Shown piece by piece: positions 39,270 through 49,300 of a stretch of 64,000 bases of DNA; position 1 is the first letter of the stretch, and every line of letters starts with the position of its first letter. Location: positions 864,001-928,000 of the forward strand of contig OZ251997.1 of NCBI GenBank assembly GCA_965247095.1, given 5' to 3'. The notes under the pieces were generated by a model. The model ran no database searches, was not told the DNA's origin, and saw nothing but the letters and a program-made list of their open reading frames with translations. Source of the stretch: Candidatus Multivorans sp. (GTDB taxonomy: Bacteria > Acidobacteriota > Thermoanaerobaculia > Multivoradales > Multivoraceae). Position numbers and translations under genes: made by a program.

Positions 39270-39866
39270 ATGGTCAAGACGCAGCGAAGAGGCCTATGGT
39301 CCACTCCAGCCTTGGTGCTGGTGGCGAGTTGGCCGCTCATGGCCCAAGAGGAAGAGGGTGTCGCGTCGACTGTGCGGGCAGCCGAGAGCTTGAGCACCCG
39401 CGAGGCGGCTGTCGCCGTCACTGTAGACGAATCCCAGAGGGTCTCATATCGGCAGGGCGCTCAAGTCGTCAACATGGCGCGTGTGACGGATCGGGCCCTG
39501 TTAGAAGGAAAGCAGGGCTACCAGGTCGTTCGGGTGGACCCGGACAGAACCCCGCGGGTGGTGGCTCAAGCGGCTCGTACAGAAGGCGAAATCCCCATCT
39601 TCGTCACCGATACCGGTGAGCTGCAGGCGCCGGTCGGCGGCGTCATTCTGATTCTGTCGGAGTCGTGGGGTCTTGGCGAAGTCGAAGCGTTCCTCGTCGA
39701 GCACGGACTCGACGAGTCGACTACACCGGTGCAATGGCGCAAGAACGGGTATGTCGTGAGCACGGTGCCCGGAACGTTCGCTGTCGAACTGGCCAACCGA
39801 TTGGCGGGTTTGGCCGGCGTCGATCTGGCGGTGCCGAACTTCTGGAGAGAGACGGTGCCACGATGA
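39270..39866 (+). CDS. Secreted hypothetical protein; possible external chaperone/prodomain of a subtilisin-kexin protease
   Basis: AAGGAGG RBS and signal peptide; PIF...GGVIL...AFLVEHGL...AVELANRLAGLAGVDLAVPNF resembles S8 prodomain-type segments; ATGA-coupled to the next gene. Confidence 0.55.
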   Translation: MVKTQRRGLWSTPALVLVASWPLMAQEEEGVASTVRAAESLSTREAAVAVTVDESQRVSYRQGAQVVNMARVTDRALLEGKQGYQVVRVDPDRTPRVVAQAARTEGEIPIFVTDTGELQAPVGGVILILSESWGLGEVEAFLVEHGLDESTTPVQWRKNGYVVSTVPGTFAVELANRLAGLAGVDLAVPNFWRETVPR

Positions 39867-40202
39867 AGCGGCTTCCGGCCATCGCAGCTCTCTTCCTCTT
39901 GCCCGGCGTCGCTTTCGGGCAGGTTACCGCCCCCAGCGGCGCCGTCACCGCGGGTGACCAGACGCTCACGGTCGCGTGGGATGAGCCAAGCGGCGCCACG
40001 ATCGGTTCGGCATACGATCTCTGGTACATCCTGTCGTCGGAACTGTCCGGCAGCCGGGGTGTCTCGCGTGGCGATCTCGGCCCTGGCGCCGGTTTTCGCG
40101 ACCAACCGGCCATGCCGGTCTGGACCCAACTGTCGGACGTTGCTTCCGGCAAGGGTGACCACTACGTCATCCTGCCCCGGAGTCTCACGAACGGTTCGGC
40201 CT
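39863..40202 (+). pseudogene. 5' part (signal peptide plus Fn3-like domain) of an IS-disrupted surface protein
   Basis: MKRLPAIAALFLLPGVAFG...AGDQTLTVAWDEP...YDLWYI...WT...SLTNGS (Fn3-like), cut by the IS left end. Confidence 0.75.
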
Positions 40203-41478
40203 CAGTGCTGTCCCACAAACGGGGAGGAAGGATGGGTCTGAACCGTGCCTTGTCGTATGATTGGTGTTCAAGCAAAGCCAATGACGGCAAGGAGATCCAG
40301 ACCCATGGCGCACAATAGTACCGTACTTGGCCAGTTCCTCAAGCTGGTGTCGAGACATGAGTTCGAGCGGGAGGCCCGGCGGCATCACAGGGGACGCAAG
40401 CTGCGCTCGATGAGCCGCTGGGGCCAGTTCGTAGCGATGGCGATGGCGCAGCTTTCCGGGCGGCGCAGTCTGCGAGACATCGTGTCGAACCTGGATGCGC
40501 AGGCTCACAAGCTGTACCATCTCGGCGTTGGCCGGGTAGCCCGATCTTCGCTGGCGCGGGTGAACAGAGAGCAGCCTCACGAACTGTACGAGGCGCTGTT
40601 CGGTCGCCTTCTGAGCCGTTGTCAGGCGGCGTCGCCGGGGCATGGGTTCCGTTTCCGGAACAAGCTGTTGTCGCTCGACGCCACATACGTGGACCTGTGC
40701 CTGAAGGTGTTTCCCTGGGCGCGGTACCGCAAGACCAAGGGGGCGTTGAAGCTGCACGTGGGTCTCGACCACGAGGGCTGTCTGCCGTCGTTCCTGCACG
40801 TCACCGACGGCAAGGGCTCGGACCTCGAGGTGGCCCGGTCGCTTCGTCTTCCGAAGGGGAGCATCGTGGCGGCGGACCGTCTGTACCTCGACTTCGGATG
40901 GCTAAAGGACCTTGATGCACAAGGGGTTTTCCTGGTCACCCGCCTGAAGCGCAAGGTCAAGTACGCGGTTCGGGAGCGGCGCTCGTTCGCTCGCGGCCGG
41001 GGCGTGACGTCGGACCAGACCATCGAGCTGACCAGCGTCAAGGGGCGCAAGCGGTGCCCGATTCCGTTGCGTCGGGTCGGCTATCGCGACCCGGAGACGG
41101 GCCGGCACTACAAGTTCCTGACCAACAACTTCAGCCTCGCCCCGAAGACCATCGCGGACATCTACAAGGCGCGCTGGCAGGTCGAGCTCTTCTTCAAGTG
41201 GATCAAACAGAACCTGCGCATCAAGAGTTTCGTCGGCGCCTCGCCCAACGCGGTCATGACGCAGATCTGGATCGCCGTGTGCGTCCATCTCCTGCTCGCC
41301 TACCTGAAGTTCGTCAACAAGATGTCCTGGAGCATGAGCCGGATCCTGCGCCTTCTGCAACTCAACCTGTTCGACCGAAGATCGCTGCTGGACCTCTTCG
41401 AACCTCCGAGCGGACCACCCGACCCGAACAACACGCGAACTCAACTCGCTCTACTCTGAAGTTTGTGGGACAGCAATG
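40203..41478 (+). mobile_element. IS4 family insertion sequence (1276 bp)
   Basis: 18-bp terminal inverted repeats CAGTGCTGTCCCACAAAC / GTTTGTGGGACAGCAATG (1 mismatch); no target-site duplication. Confidence 0.92.
40305..41459 (+). CDS. IS4 family transposase (DUF4372 plus DDE)
   Basis: SLRDI, LDAT, KLHVGLD, ADRLYLDF, YKARWQVELFFKWIKQNL (YREK motif). Confidence 0.95.
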   Translation: MAHNSTVLGQFLKLVSRHEFEREARRHHRGRKLRSMSRWGQFVAMAMAQLSGRRSLRDIVSNLDAQAHKLYHLGVGRVARSSLARVNREQPHELYEALFGRLLSRCQAASPGHGFRFRNKLLSLDATYVDLCLKVFPWARYRKTKGALKLHVGLDHEGCLPSFLHVTDGKGSDLEVARSLRLPKGSIVAADRLYLDFGWLKDLDAQGVFLVTRLKRKVKYAVRERRSFARGRGVTSDQTIELTSVKGRKRCPIPLRRVGYRDPETGRHYKFLTNNFSLAPKTIADIYKARWQVELFFKWIKQNLRIKSFVGASPNAVMTQIWIAVCVHLLLAYLKFVNKMSWSMSRILRLLQLNLFDRRSLLDLFEPPSGPPDPNNTRTQLALL

Positions 41479-41479
41479 G

Positions 41480-43540
41480 TCGTCGACGGGCGCCAGCCCC
41501 AACGTTCCGCTACTCAGTTCGTACAAGCGAGACGAGCTGGCGATCGCGAACAGCGGCATCGGTTTCATCGAGTATGTCGAGTTCATCTTCGACATCGAGA
41601 CCAGGGAGCACGGGCCTTTTCAGCTTTGGGTCGGCGGTCCTGAGAACGTGGCGGGCGAGGCCAGCGACGACTGGGTCGAAATCCTCAACCCGCACGTCTA
41701 CTCTTCCGGCGGTATCGACGGAGAGTATCTGGTCGCCACGAATCAGTTTGTCGGGAAGTCTGCAGACGGCACGTGGAAACTGGCCGTCAGGAACAACAGT
41801 TTTCACGCTGTCAAGCTGCACTCGTGGGCGGTGCGCATCTACGGGCACGACTCGGACGGCAACCGCGTCGTGGCTACGCACAACGGCACCGAATTGGTCG
41901 ACTACGTGACGCCGACGCCGTGCTCAAGGGCTGGCGTCGCCGTCAGGCGACTCACTCTGGACCCGATCTCCGCGACGGTTGCAGAAAACACCGCGTGGAG
42001 GTCGGATGCACCGACGCTCGGTGGAGTCACGAACGTGGCAGTGACCTGGACGTTGTCGGGCAACGATGCGGATCTCTTCACCGTCGCGGCCGACACTGGA
42101 GTCGTGACTCTTCCAGCTCAAGACTTCGAGAATCCGGCGGATGCCGACGCGGACAACGTCTACGAGGGGTCCTTGACGGCTACCGACGAAGACTCCCGGA
42201 CCGGATCCGCTTCGGTCGAAATCACGGTGACGGATGACGAGACCGACCTCGAACTCGAGGCGATCAGCGGCACGGTCGCCGAGAACGCTGTGTGGACCTC
42301 TCCGACTCCGACCGTCACCGGTGCGAGTACCGGTCCGCTGACCTGGACGTTGGGCGGCGACGACGCGGCGTACTTCACCGTCGCTGCGAGTACGGGGGTC
42401 CTGACGCTGTCGGCCCGGGACTTCGAGGCGCCGCTCGACGCGAACGCGGACAACGTCTACGAAGCGACATTGACGGTCACCGACGGGGCTGGAGCAGCGG
42501 CGTCGGCCGCAGTGGCCGTGACTGTAACGGACGACGCGAATGAGCCGACCACAACGCTCTCGCTCCAGAACGGCCGCTTCGAGGCTCAGGTCTCGTGGAA
42601 GACGGATGTCGGCGATGCGCCAAGTCGGGCCTTCGTCGAAGTCAGTCGCCAAGGCTCGGGCATCTTCTCCTTCCGGCAGATCGGAGACTGGTCGCTGTTG
42701 CTCAGCGTTCAGGACGGCTGTGACTTCACGGGAGGCATCTGGGTGATCGCGTCCGATGTGCCGTCGCAGCCGACCGCTTCGGACTACGACCTGAGCCTGC
42801 GGAGCAGGTTCCAAGACCGTCTTCTGAACAAGGCCGAGTACCCGCTGTGGACGGTCACTGTCCGTGACACGGAAACGGGCAACACGGTCGAACTGACCAA
42901 CCACCCCGAGGACGTGTTCAATCCCTATGCTCGTCGGTCAGCCGTACCCGTCCGTATCACTGCGACTCGTCGGGCCTTCCCCGATGTGTGTACGACGTCG
43001 AGTGGCGCGTCGTCCTCTCTGCCGGTGAAGGTTCCGACGCATCTTGGCCGCGGGCCGGCGCCCGTTGCGCAAGCCGCGGTGGCCGACGCTTCCGCTTCAA
43101 CCAGTTGCGGCCTGGAGGGGAGGTCCGCCTGCCTTCACAACAAGTTCGATGTGCTCGTGGACTGGAGGTCGTGGGACAGCGCCTCCAATCGCGAACCCAC
43201 GACTCTGGTCGAAGCGAACGGCTCGGCAGCGGCGTTTTCGTTCCACCACCCCGAGGTCATCGACGCCGTCGTCAAGATCTCGGAGCAGTGCGCGAACGTG
43301 AACGCACCGCTGGACGATCGCCGGGGCTACTTCGTCAGCGTTGGCTCCACCGTGATCCACGACGGCCTGCAGGCCCGCGTCGTGGATACTCGTATTTCCG
43401 GCAATGCAGGGTTCCTGCGCTGGTGGGATCTCATGGGCACCCCCTTCGACCCGAGCAGGATCCGGGTCGGAAGGGGAGATGTGTTCGAGCGCCCGATGCA
43501 CGCGAACGAAGCCAAGAACCGGATCGCCTGCATCAGGTAG
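41480..43540 (+). pseudogene. 3' part of the disrupted surface protein: proprotein convertase P-domain, two cadherin-like repeats, two Acidobacterial C-terminal domains
   Basis: FIEYVE...FVGKSADGTWKLAV...LHSWAVRIYGH; two DFE.P.DA.ADNVYE repeats; LQNGRFEAQVSW / LHNKFDVLVDW modules; no start codon outside the IS. Confidence 0.78.
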
Positions 43541-43690
43541 TTCGGTCCTGCAACGTCGGGAGGGCGGTGCTGCTGCCGCCCTCCCGTCACCTTCCATCAC
43601 GCCGCAGTCCGGCAGGGCGATCGCATCGCGGAGACCGGCTGGCTTCGTCTCCAGGAAGGTGAGTCGCCCCGTGCTGCTACATTCCGAGCG

Positions 43691-45997
43691 ATGCATTGGC
43701 GGAGAGCGTTTGCCGTCGCGCTGATTCTGGCGCTCCCCGCCTGCGCGCGCATCGACGATGCTCCGCTCCGGTGGGTCGACTGGGCAGGCGAGACCCATCG
43801 CCAGGTCGTGGTTGACCGGGAGCAGGGGCAGTACCTCGGCCACACGACGACGGTTCTGCTCTCGGATCAACGCTCGATCCTGACCGTGTACCCGAAGGGC
43901 CACGGCGCCGGCCCGATCGTGATGAAGCGCAGCGACGACGGCGGCCTGACCTGGAGTGAGCGGCTGCCGACGCCGGCGAGCTGGGCGACCTCGATGGAGA
44001 CGCCCACCGTCTTCCCGGTCGACCTGCCGGACGGTCGGCGGCGGTTGATCATGTTCTCGGGGCTCTACCCGGTGCGTATGGCCCGCTCCGACGACGAAGG
44101 CGAGGCCTGGACCGAACTCGAACCGATCGGCCACTTCGGCGGCGTTGTCGCGATGTCGTCGGTCGAGCGGCTCCGAAGCGTCGACGGCGAGCTGATGGCC
44201 CTGTTTCACGACGACGGCCGCTTCCTGCGCCGGCCGACTTCGCGCTACGAGCGAATCCCGGACTTCGAGCCCCGTTTCGAGGTCTACAAGACGATCTCGC
44301 TCGACGACGGATTGACCTGGTCGGAGCCGGAGGTCATCGCGGCGCACCCCGAGGCGCACCTGTGCGAGCCGGGACTGATCCGTTCGCCCGACGGCCGCGA
44401 GATCGCCGTCCTGCTGCGTGAGAACAGCCGCCGGTTCAACTCCTTCGTCGTCTTCTCGCGCGACGAGGGGCGCACCTGGAGCCGGCCGGTGGAACTGCCG
44501 TCGTCCTTAACCGGGGATCGGCACGTCGGCCGGTACACGCCGGACGGGCGGCTGTTCGTGACCTTCCGTGACCAGGAGCCGTCCAGCCCGTGGCGCGGCG
44601 ACTGGGTGGGCTGGCTCGGGCGCTACGAGGATCTCAGCCGCGGCAAGCGGGAACCTTGGGCCGGCGAGGTGCGCGTGCGGCTGATGGACAACACCTACGC
44701 CGCGGACACCGCCTATCCCGGCCTGGAGTTGCTGCCCGACGGCACCTTCGTGACCACGACCTACGGTCACTTCACCGCGGGTGAGGAGCCGTGGGTTGCC
44801 GCGGTTCGCTTCACGGCGGCAGAACTCGACGCGTCCGCCCTGGAGGCGCCGGTCGAGGCGCCGTCGAGGCCGGTGCTCCGGGTGGGGACGAGTGGCGACT
44901 ACCCTCCGTTCTCGCTGCTGTCGGAGGATGACGGTGGCGAGGCCGCGCACGATCCGCCCGGGCGCAGGGGCTTCGATATCGAGGTAGCGAACCGGTTGGC
45001 CTCGGATCTGGGCTTCGACGTGGAGTTCCAGTCCTTTGACTGGCCGGACCTGACCGCCGCGGTGGCTGGGGGCGACTTCGACCTCGCGATGAGCGGCGTC
45101 ACCTGGAGGCCGGGCCGGGCCGCGGTGGGGTGGATGAGCCGGGCGGTGGCCGCGGGTGGGCCATGCGTCGTGTCAGCCGCGGGCGGCCCTGACTCGCCGC
45201 GCCGGGTGGCCGTCAACCGCGGCGGCATCCTCGAGCGCTGGACCCGGCAGCGCTTCGGGGGCGGGGCGAGAGAGGTGATCGCCGTCGACGACAACCTGTC
45301 GCTACCCGGCCGCCTGGAACGTGGCGAGGTGGACGCCTTCGTCACCGATTCGTTCGAGGTCGAACACTTCGGCCGCGATGGTTGGCGGCGGGACTGCGAG
45401 CCCTCGCTCGACCGCAAGGTGTTCTGGGTCGCTCCGCAGCGGGCGGACGACCTGGGCCCCGCGGTCGACCTCTGGATCCGGCGCAACGCGGGCTGGCTGG
45501 AGGGCAGCAGCGAGGAGTGGTTCGGCCGCGGGCAGCGCCGCGACGAACTGGACCATCTGCTCGACCTGACGGCTCGCCGGCTCGCCTTCATGCCGGCGGT
45601 CGCGGCCTGGAAGGCGGCGCGCGGCGCGCCGATCGAGGATCTCGAACGGGAACGGCTGGTGCTGGATGCGGCCGAGTCGACGGCGGTGGAGTTCGGGCTC
45701 GATCCACAGCCGGTGCGGGAGTGGTTCGCGCTCCAGATCGACCTGGCCAAGGCGGTGCAGCGCCGGAGCGTCGCGTCGGAGCCGACGCTGGATCTGGAGG
45801 AGGTCCGTCCTGTCCTGATTCGCCTCGGCGAACGTCAGGTGCGGTCCCTGCGGGCGCTGGCTGCGGGTTCGGTGGAAGAAGCGGAGCCTTCGTCGTTTGG
45901 TGTCCTCACGCCGTATCTCGACGTTGGGGAGGTCCCTCGGGTCCGTGTGGCGGCGGCCAAGGTCCTGGCCGATCTGACAATCCGCCGGAGGGACTGA
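43691..45997 (+). CDS. Lipoprotein fusion: Asp-box (sialidase-like) propeller, SBP_3/cyclohexadienyl dehydratase-like domain, and AroQ chorismate mutase
   Basis: ALPAC lipobox; four S-x-D-x-G-x-x-W boxes; LRVGTSGDYPPFS...GFDIEVA...FVTDSFE; RRLAFMPAVAAWK...IEDLERE...QIDLAKAVQ. Confidence 0.85.
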   Translation: MHWRRAFAVALILALPACARIDDAPLRWVDWAGETHRQVVVDREQGQYLGHTTTVLLSDQRSILTVYPKGHGAGPIVMKRSDDGGLTWSERLPTPASWATSMETPTVFPVDLPDGRRRLIMFSGLYPVRMARSDDEGEAWTELEPIGHFGGVVAMSSVERLRSVDGELMALFHDDGRFLRRPTSRYERIPDFEPRFEVYKTISLDDGLTWSEPEVIAAHPEAHLCEPGLIRSPDGREIAVLLRENSRRFNSFVVFSRDEGRTWSRPVELPSSLTGDRHVGRYTPDGRLFVTFRDQEPSSPWRGDWVGWLGRYEDLSRGKREPWAGEVRVRLMDNTYAADTAYPGLELLPDGTFVTTTYGHFTAGEEPWVAAVRFTAAELDASALEAPVEAPSRPVLRVGTSGDYPPFSLLSEDDGGEAAHDPPGRRGFDIEVANRLASDLGFDVEFQSFDWPDLTAAVAGGDFDLAMSGVTWRPGRAAVGWMSRAVAAGGPCVVSAAGGPDSPRRVAVNRGGILERWTRQRFGGGAREVIAVDDNLSLPGRLERGEVDAFVTDSFEVEHFGRDGWRRDCEPSLDRKVFWVAPQRADDLGPAVDLWIRRNAGWLEGSSEEWFGRGQRRDELDHLLDLTARRLAFMPAVAAWKAARGAPIEDLERERLVLDAAESTAVEFGLDPQPVREWFALQIDLAKAVQRRSVASEPTLDLEEVRPVLIRLGERQVRSLRALAAGSVEEAEPSSFGVLTPYLDVGEVPRVRVAAAKVLADLTIRRRD

Positions 45998-46301
45998 CCT
46001 CTCGGGCTAGAGGACCCTTTCTGGTGCCCCCCAAACCATCTCGTACGTTCAGGGAGCTCCAAATCGAGTAGCGGCTGTTTGCTCCCATTTTCTGCGGGAG
46101 CTCTCGGACCGTAAGCCGCTCGCCGGCAGTGCCCTCGTGTTCCGAGGGAACTGCCGGTCGCCCCTTGGGCGGAAACGCTTCCCCCGCGAAGAGGAAGCGG
46201 CCTCCTTACGTCTTAGCCGAAGGAGGCAGTTCGGTTTCGGTGCCCCTTGAACAGCGGCTCGAGGCCGGGACTGCGCGTCCCGTCTTTGAGGTGGTGATCA
46301 G

Positions 46302-49300
46302 GTGAGGCTCTTCCGGCGGATTGGTACGGCTGTGGCGGCCGATTGGATCGATCGGCGCCAGCGCGGACGGCTGCGTCTCGTGCCCTCGTGCAACGTCTTC
46401 CGGTTGGGGCGTCTGGCGCGCTCCGGGGTTCTGGCTGCGTTGGGAGGGCTGTTCCTGAGTGCTGCCGCGCCGGGCCAGGAAAAGTCCACGGTGACGGTCA
46501 GTGCGGACGCGGAGTCCATCGAAGAAGGCGAGACCGCCTCGTTCACCCTGACCCGCACAGCGCCGCACGAGGCCGCACTGACCGTGATGATCGGGGTGGA
46601 TGCGTCGGACAGAACGGTCTCGCCGAGTCGGATCGGACGCGCGACTGTGGACTTCGCGGTCGGAGACGAGACCGCTTCGTACTCGGTGTCGACCATTGAG
46701 AACAATGCGTTCCAGGAGGAGCCCGGTTCGACCGAGGTTTCCCAGTCCGTCAGCCTGGAGGTCTTGGCGGAGTCGCTTGTCGACCCGACCTACATGGTTG
46801 GCGATCTTCGCAGAGCGACCGTCATGGTGACCGACAACGACGAGCGCGTCGAGTTTTCCCTGGTCGTCCCGGAGGGAGGGTTCAGGATCGCGGAAAACGC
46901 CGGGACCGTGGAGCTATCGGTACGCGCCACCACCGTGACGGCCGGATCTCCGACGGACAACGTCTACGGCGTGATCTTGACAACTGAAACAACCGCATCG
47001 GCGGCGTCGGGCGTGGACTATGACCTGCTGAGTGAGAACTTCTCCCTTGGAAGCCTACAGGCATGGAGCTCCATCACGGTCGAAGGCGAACCCCGCTACA
47101 CGACGACGGTGACCTACAGCTTGGACGTCTATGACGACGCGGTCGACGAAGGCGACGAGACATTCGAGCTTCAACTGCAGCACCCTCCGGGGCGTGAGCG
47201 GACGCCGTTCGGCGTCGGATCGGCGATCGTCACGATTCTCGACGACGATACGGCCGGTGTGACCGTTGAGCCCACCGAGTTGACGGTCACCTAGGGAGAC
47301 TCGACCGGCGCGTCCTACACGGTCGTGCTGGAGAGCTGGCCAACAGCCAACGTGACAATGAGTGTGACGGTGCCGCCGGGTGCGGGCGTGTCGGTGGACG
47401 AGACGTCGCTGACCTTTACGGACGCTGATTGGGACGAGCCTCAGACGGTGACCGTGACGGCCGTGCAGGACGCGGATCGGGTGGGTGGAACGGTGACCCT
47501 CGCCCACTCGGCCGCGGGCGGCGGCTACCACGCGGTGTCGGTCGCCGGTGTCGAGGTGACCGTAGTCGACGACGACCTCACCGCCTCGTTGACCGGCGCC
47601 TCGACGGTGGCGGAAGGTTCGACGGCGAGCTTCACCGTGACGCTCGCGGGCGGCACGAGCACGGCGGATGTCGTGGTGACGTACACGGTGGAGGGTACTG
47701 CGACCTCGGGAGACGACTACACGGCGCCGGCGGGGAGCCTGACGGTCACCTCGGCCGGGACCTCGGGCACGATCACGATCGAGACCCTGTCGGACGACGT
47801 GCTGGAGCCTGACGAAACGCTGATCGTGACCCTGACGGATGTGACCACGGCGAAGGGGTCGGCCGAAGTCAGCGAGACGTCCAATTCGGCAACGACGACG
47901 ATCACGGATTCGGGGACGGTCACGGTGTCGGTCGGCGCGGCTTCGGCCTCGGAGGGCGCCACGGTGTCGTTCCCGGTGACGCTGACGGGCGCGGTGGCAT
48001 CAAACGTCGTGCTGGGCTGGAGCACGACGGCGGGGACGGCTGTCTCGGGCACGGACTACACGGCGGTGACGTCCGGGAGCCTCACGATCAAGGCCGGCGA
48101 CACATCGGGGGTGTTGTCGGTATCGACGAAGGAGGACTCGCTGACCGAGGCGGACGAGACGTTCACGGTGACCATGACGGGCACGACCCTGCCCACCGGT
48201 ACAGTCTTGGGCGTTGCGACGGCGGCGGGAACGATCGAGGACGACGACACGCTGGGCGCCGTGGTGACGGGCGCCGCGTCGGCGCCGGAGGGTTCCATGG
48301 TGACCTTCACGGTGTCATTGACCGGCGGGGCGAGCACGGCGGCGGTGGTCGTGACATACGTAGTCGAAGGCACCGCGACCCCGGGCGAGGACTACACGGC
48401 ACCGTCCGGGATCCTGACGATCGCCCCGGGGGACAACGAGGGCGCGATCGCGATCGCGACGAAGTCGGACGACGTGCTGGAGGGCGACGAGACCCTGATC
48501 TTGACGCTGACGAGCATCAGGACGGTTATGGGGAAGGCGTCGGCGAGCGTGCCGACGGCGACGACGACGTTGGTCGAAGGCACCTCGCCCAGCGGCCCGG
48601 TCGCCACCGGCAGTGTCCGCGCCGTCGGAACGCCGGTCGTGGGCGCCACCTTGACCGCCGTGCTCTCGAACGTGACCGATCCGGACGGTGTAGGTGAGTT
48701 TCGCTTTCGGTGGATCGCGGGGGACGCGGAGGTGCCGGATGAGACCGACGAGACCTGCCTGCTGAGGGAAGAGGAACTTGGCAACGTGATGCGAGTCGAG
48801 GTGGCCTACACCGATGACCTGGGTAAGGTGAAGACGCTGGTGTCCGACCCGGTCGGACCGGTACGCGCGGCGCCCACGCCTCCACCGGAAACCCCGCCGA
48901 CATTGACCATCTCGCCGGGTCCGAGTCCGGTGGTGGAGGGTTCGGCCGTGGAGTTCACCGTGAGGCGGTCCCATGCGAAGATGGACTTGGGAGCGCTCGA
49001 GGTCACCATCTCCGAAACGGGTTCCATGCTCACCGGCGTGCCGCCAAGGGCATTCCGCTTTGCCGTTGGTGAGACGACCGCTCGCCTTCGGCTGGACACG
49101 GACAACGACGAAGTGAACGAGGCGGGCAGCGAGGTGCGGGCGACTCTCGCTGCCGGAGCCGACTAGAGCTTGGGACACCGCGAGCTGCAACCGTGCTGGT
49201 GCTGGACGATGATGCTTCGCCAGGGCTGATCGTCGAACCAGGGGCGGCCTCGGAAGATGCGGGAATGGTGGAGCTGGTGGCGCGACTGACGGCCCCGACC

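Noticed and set aside
41054-41479. N-terminus of the 828-aa ORF as a real gene start or transposase fusion
   Set aside because: It is an alternative frame inside the IS; meaningful domains begin only after the right inverted repeat
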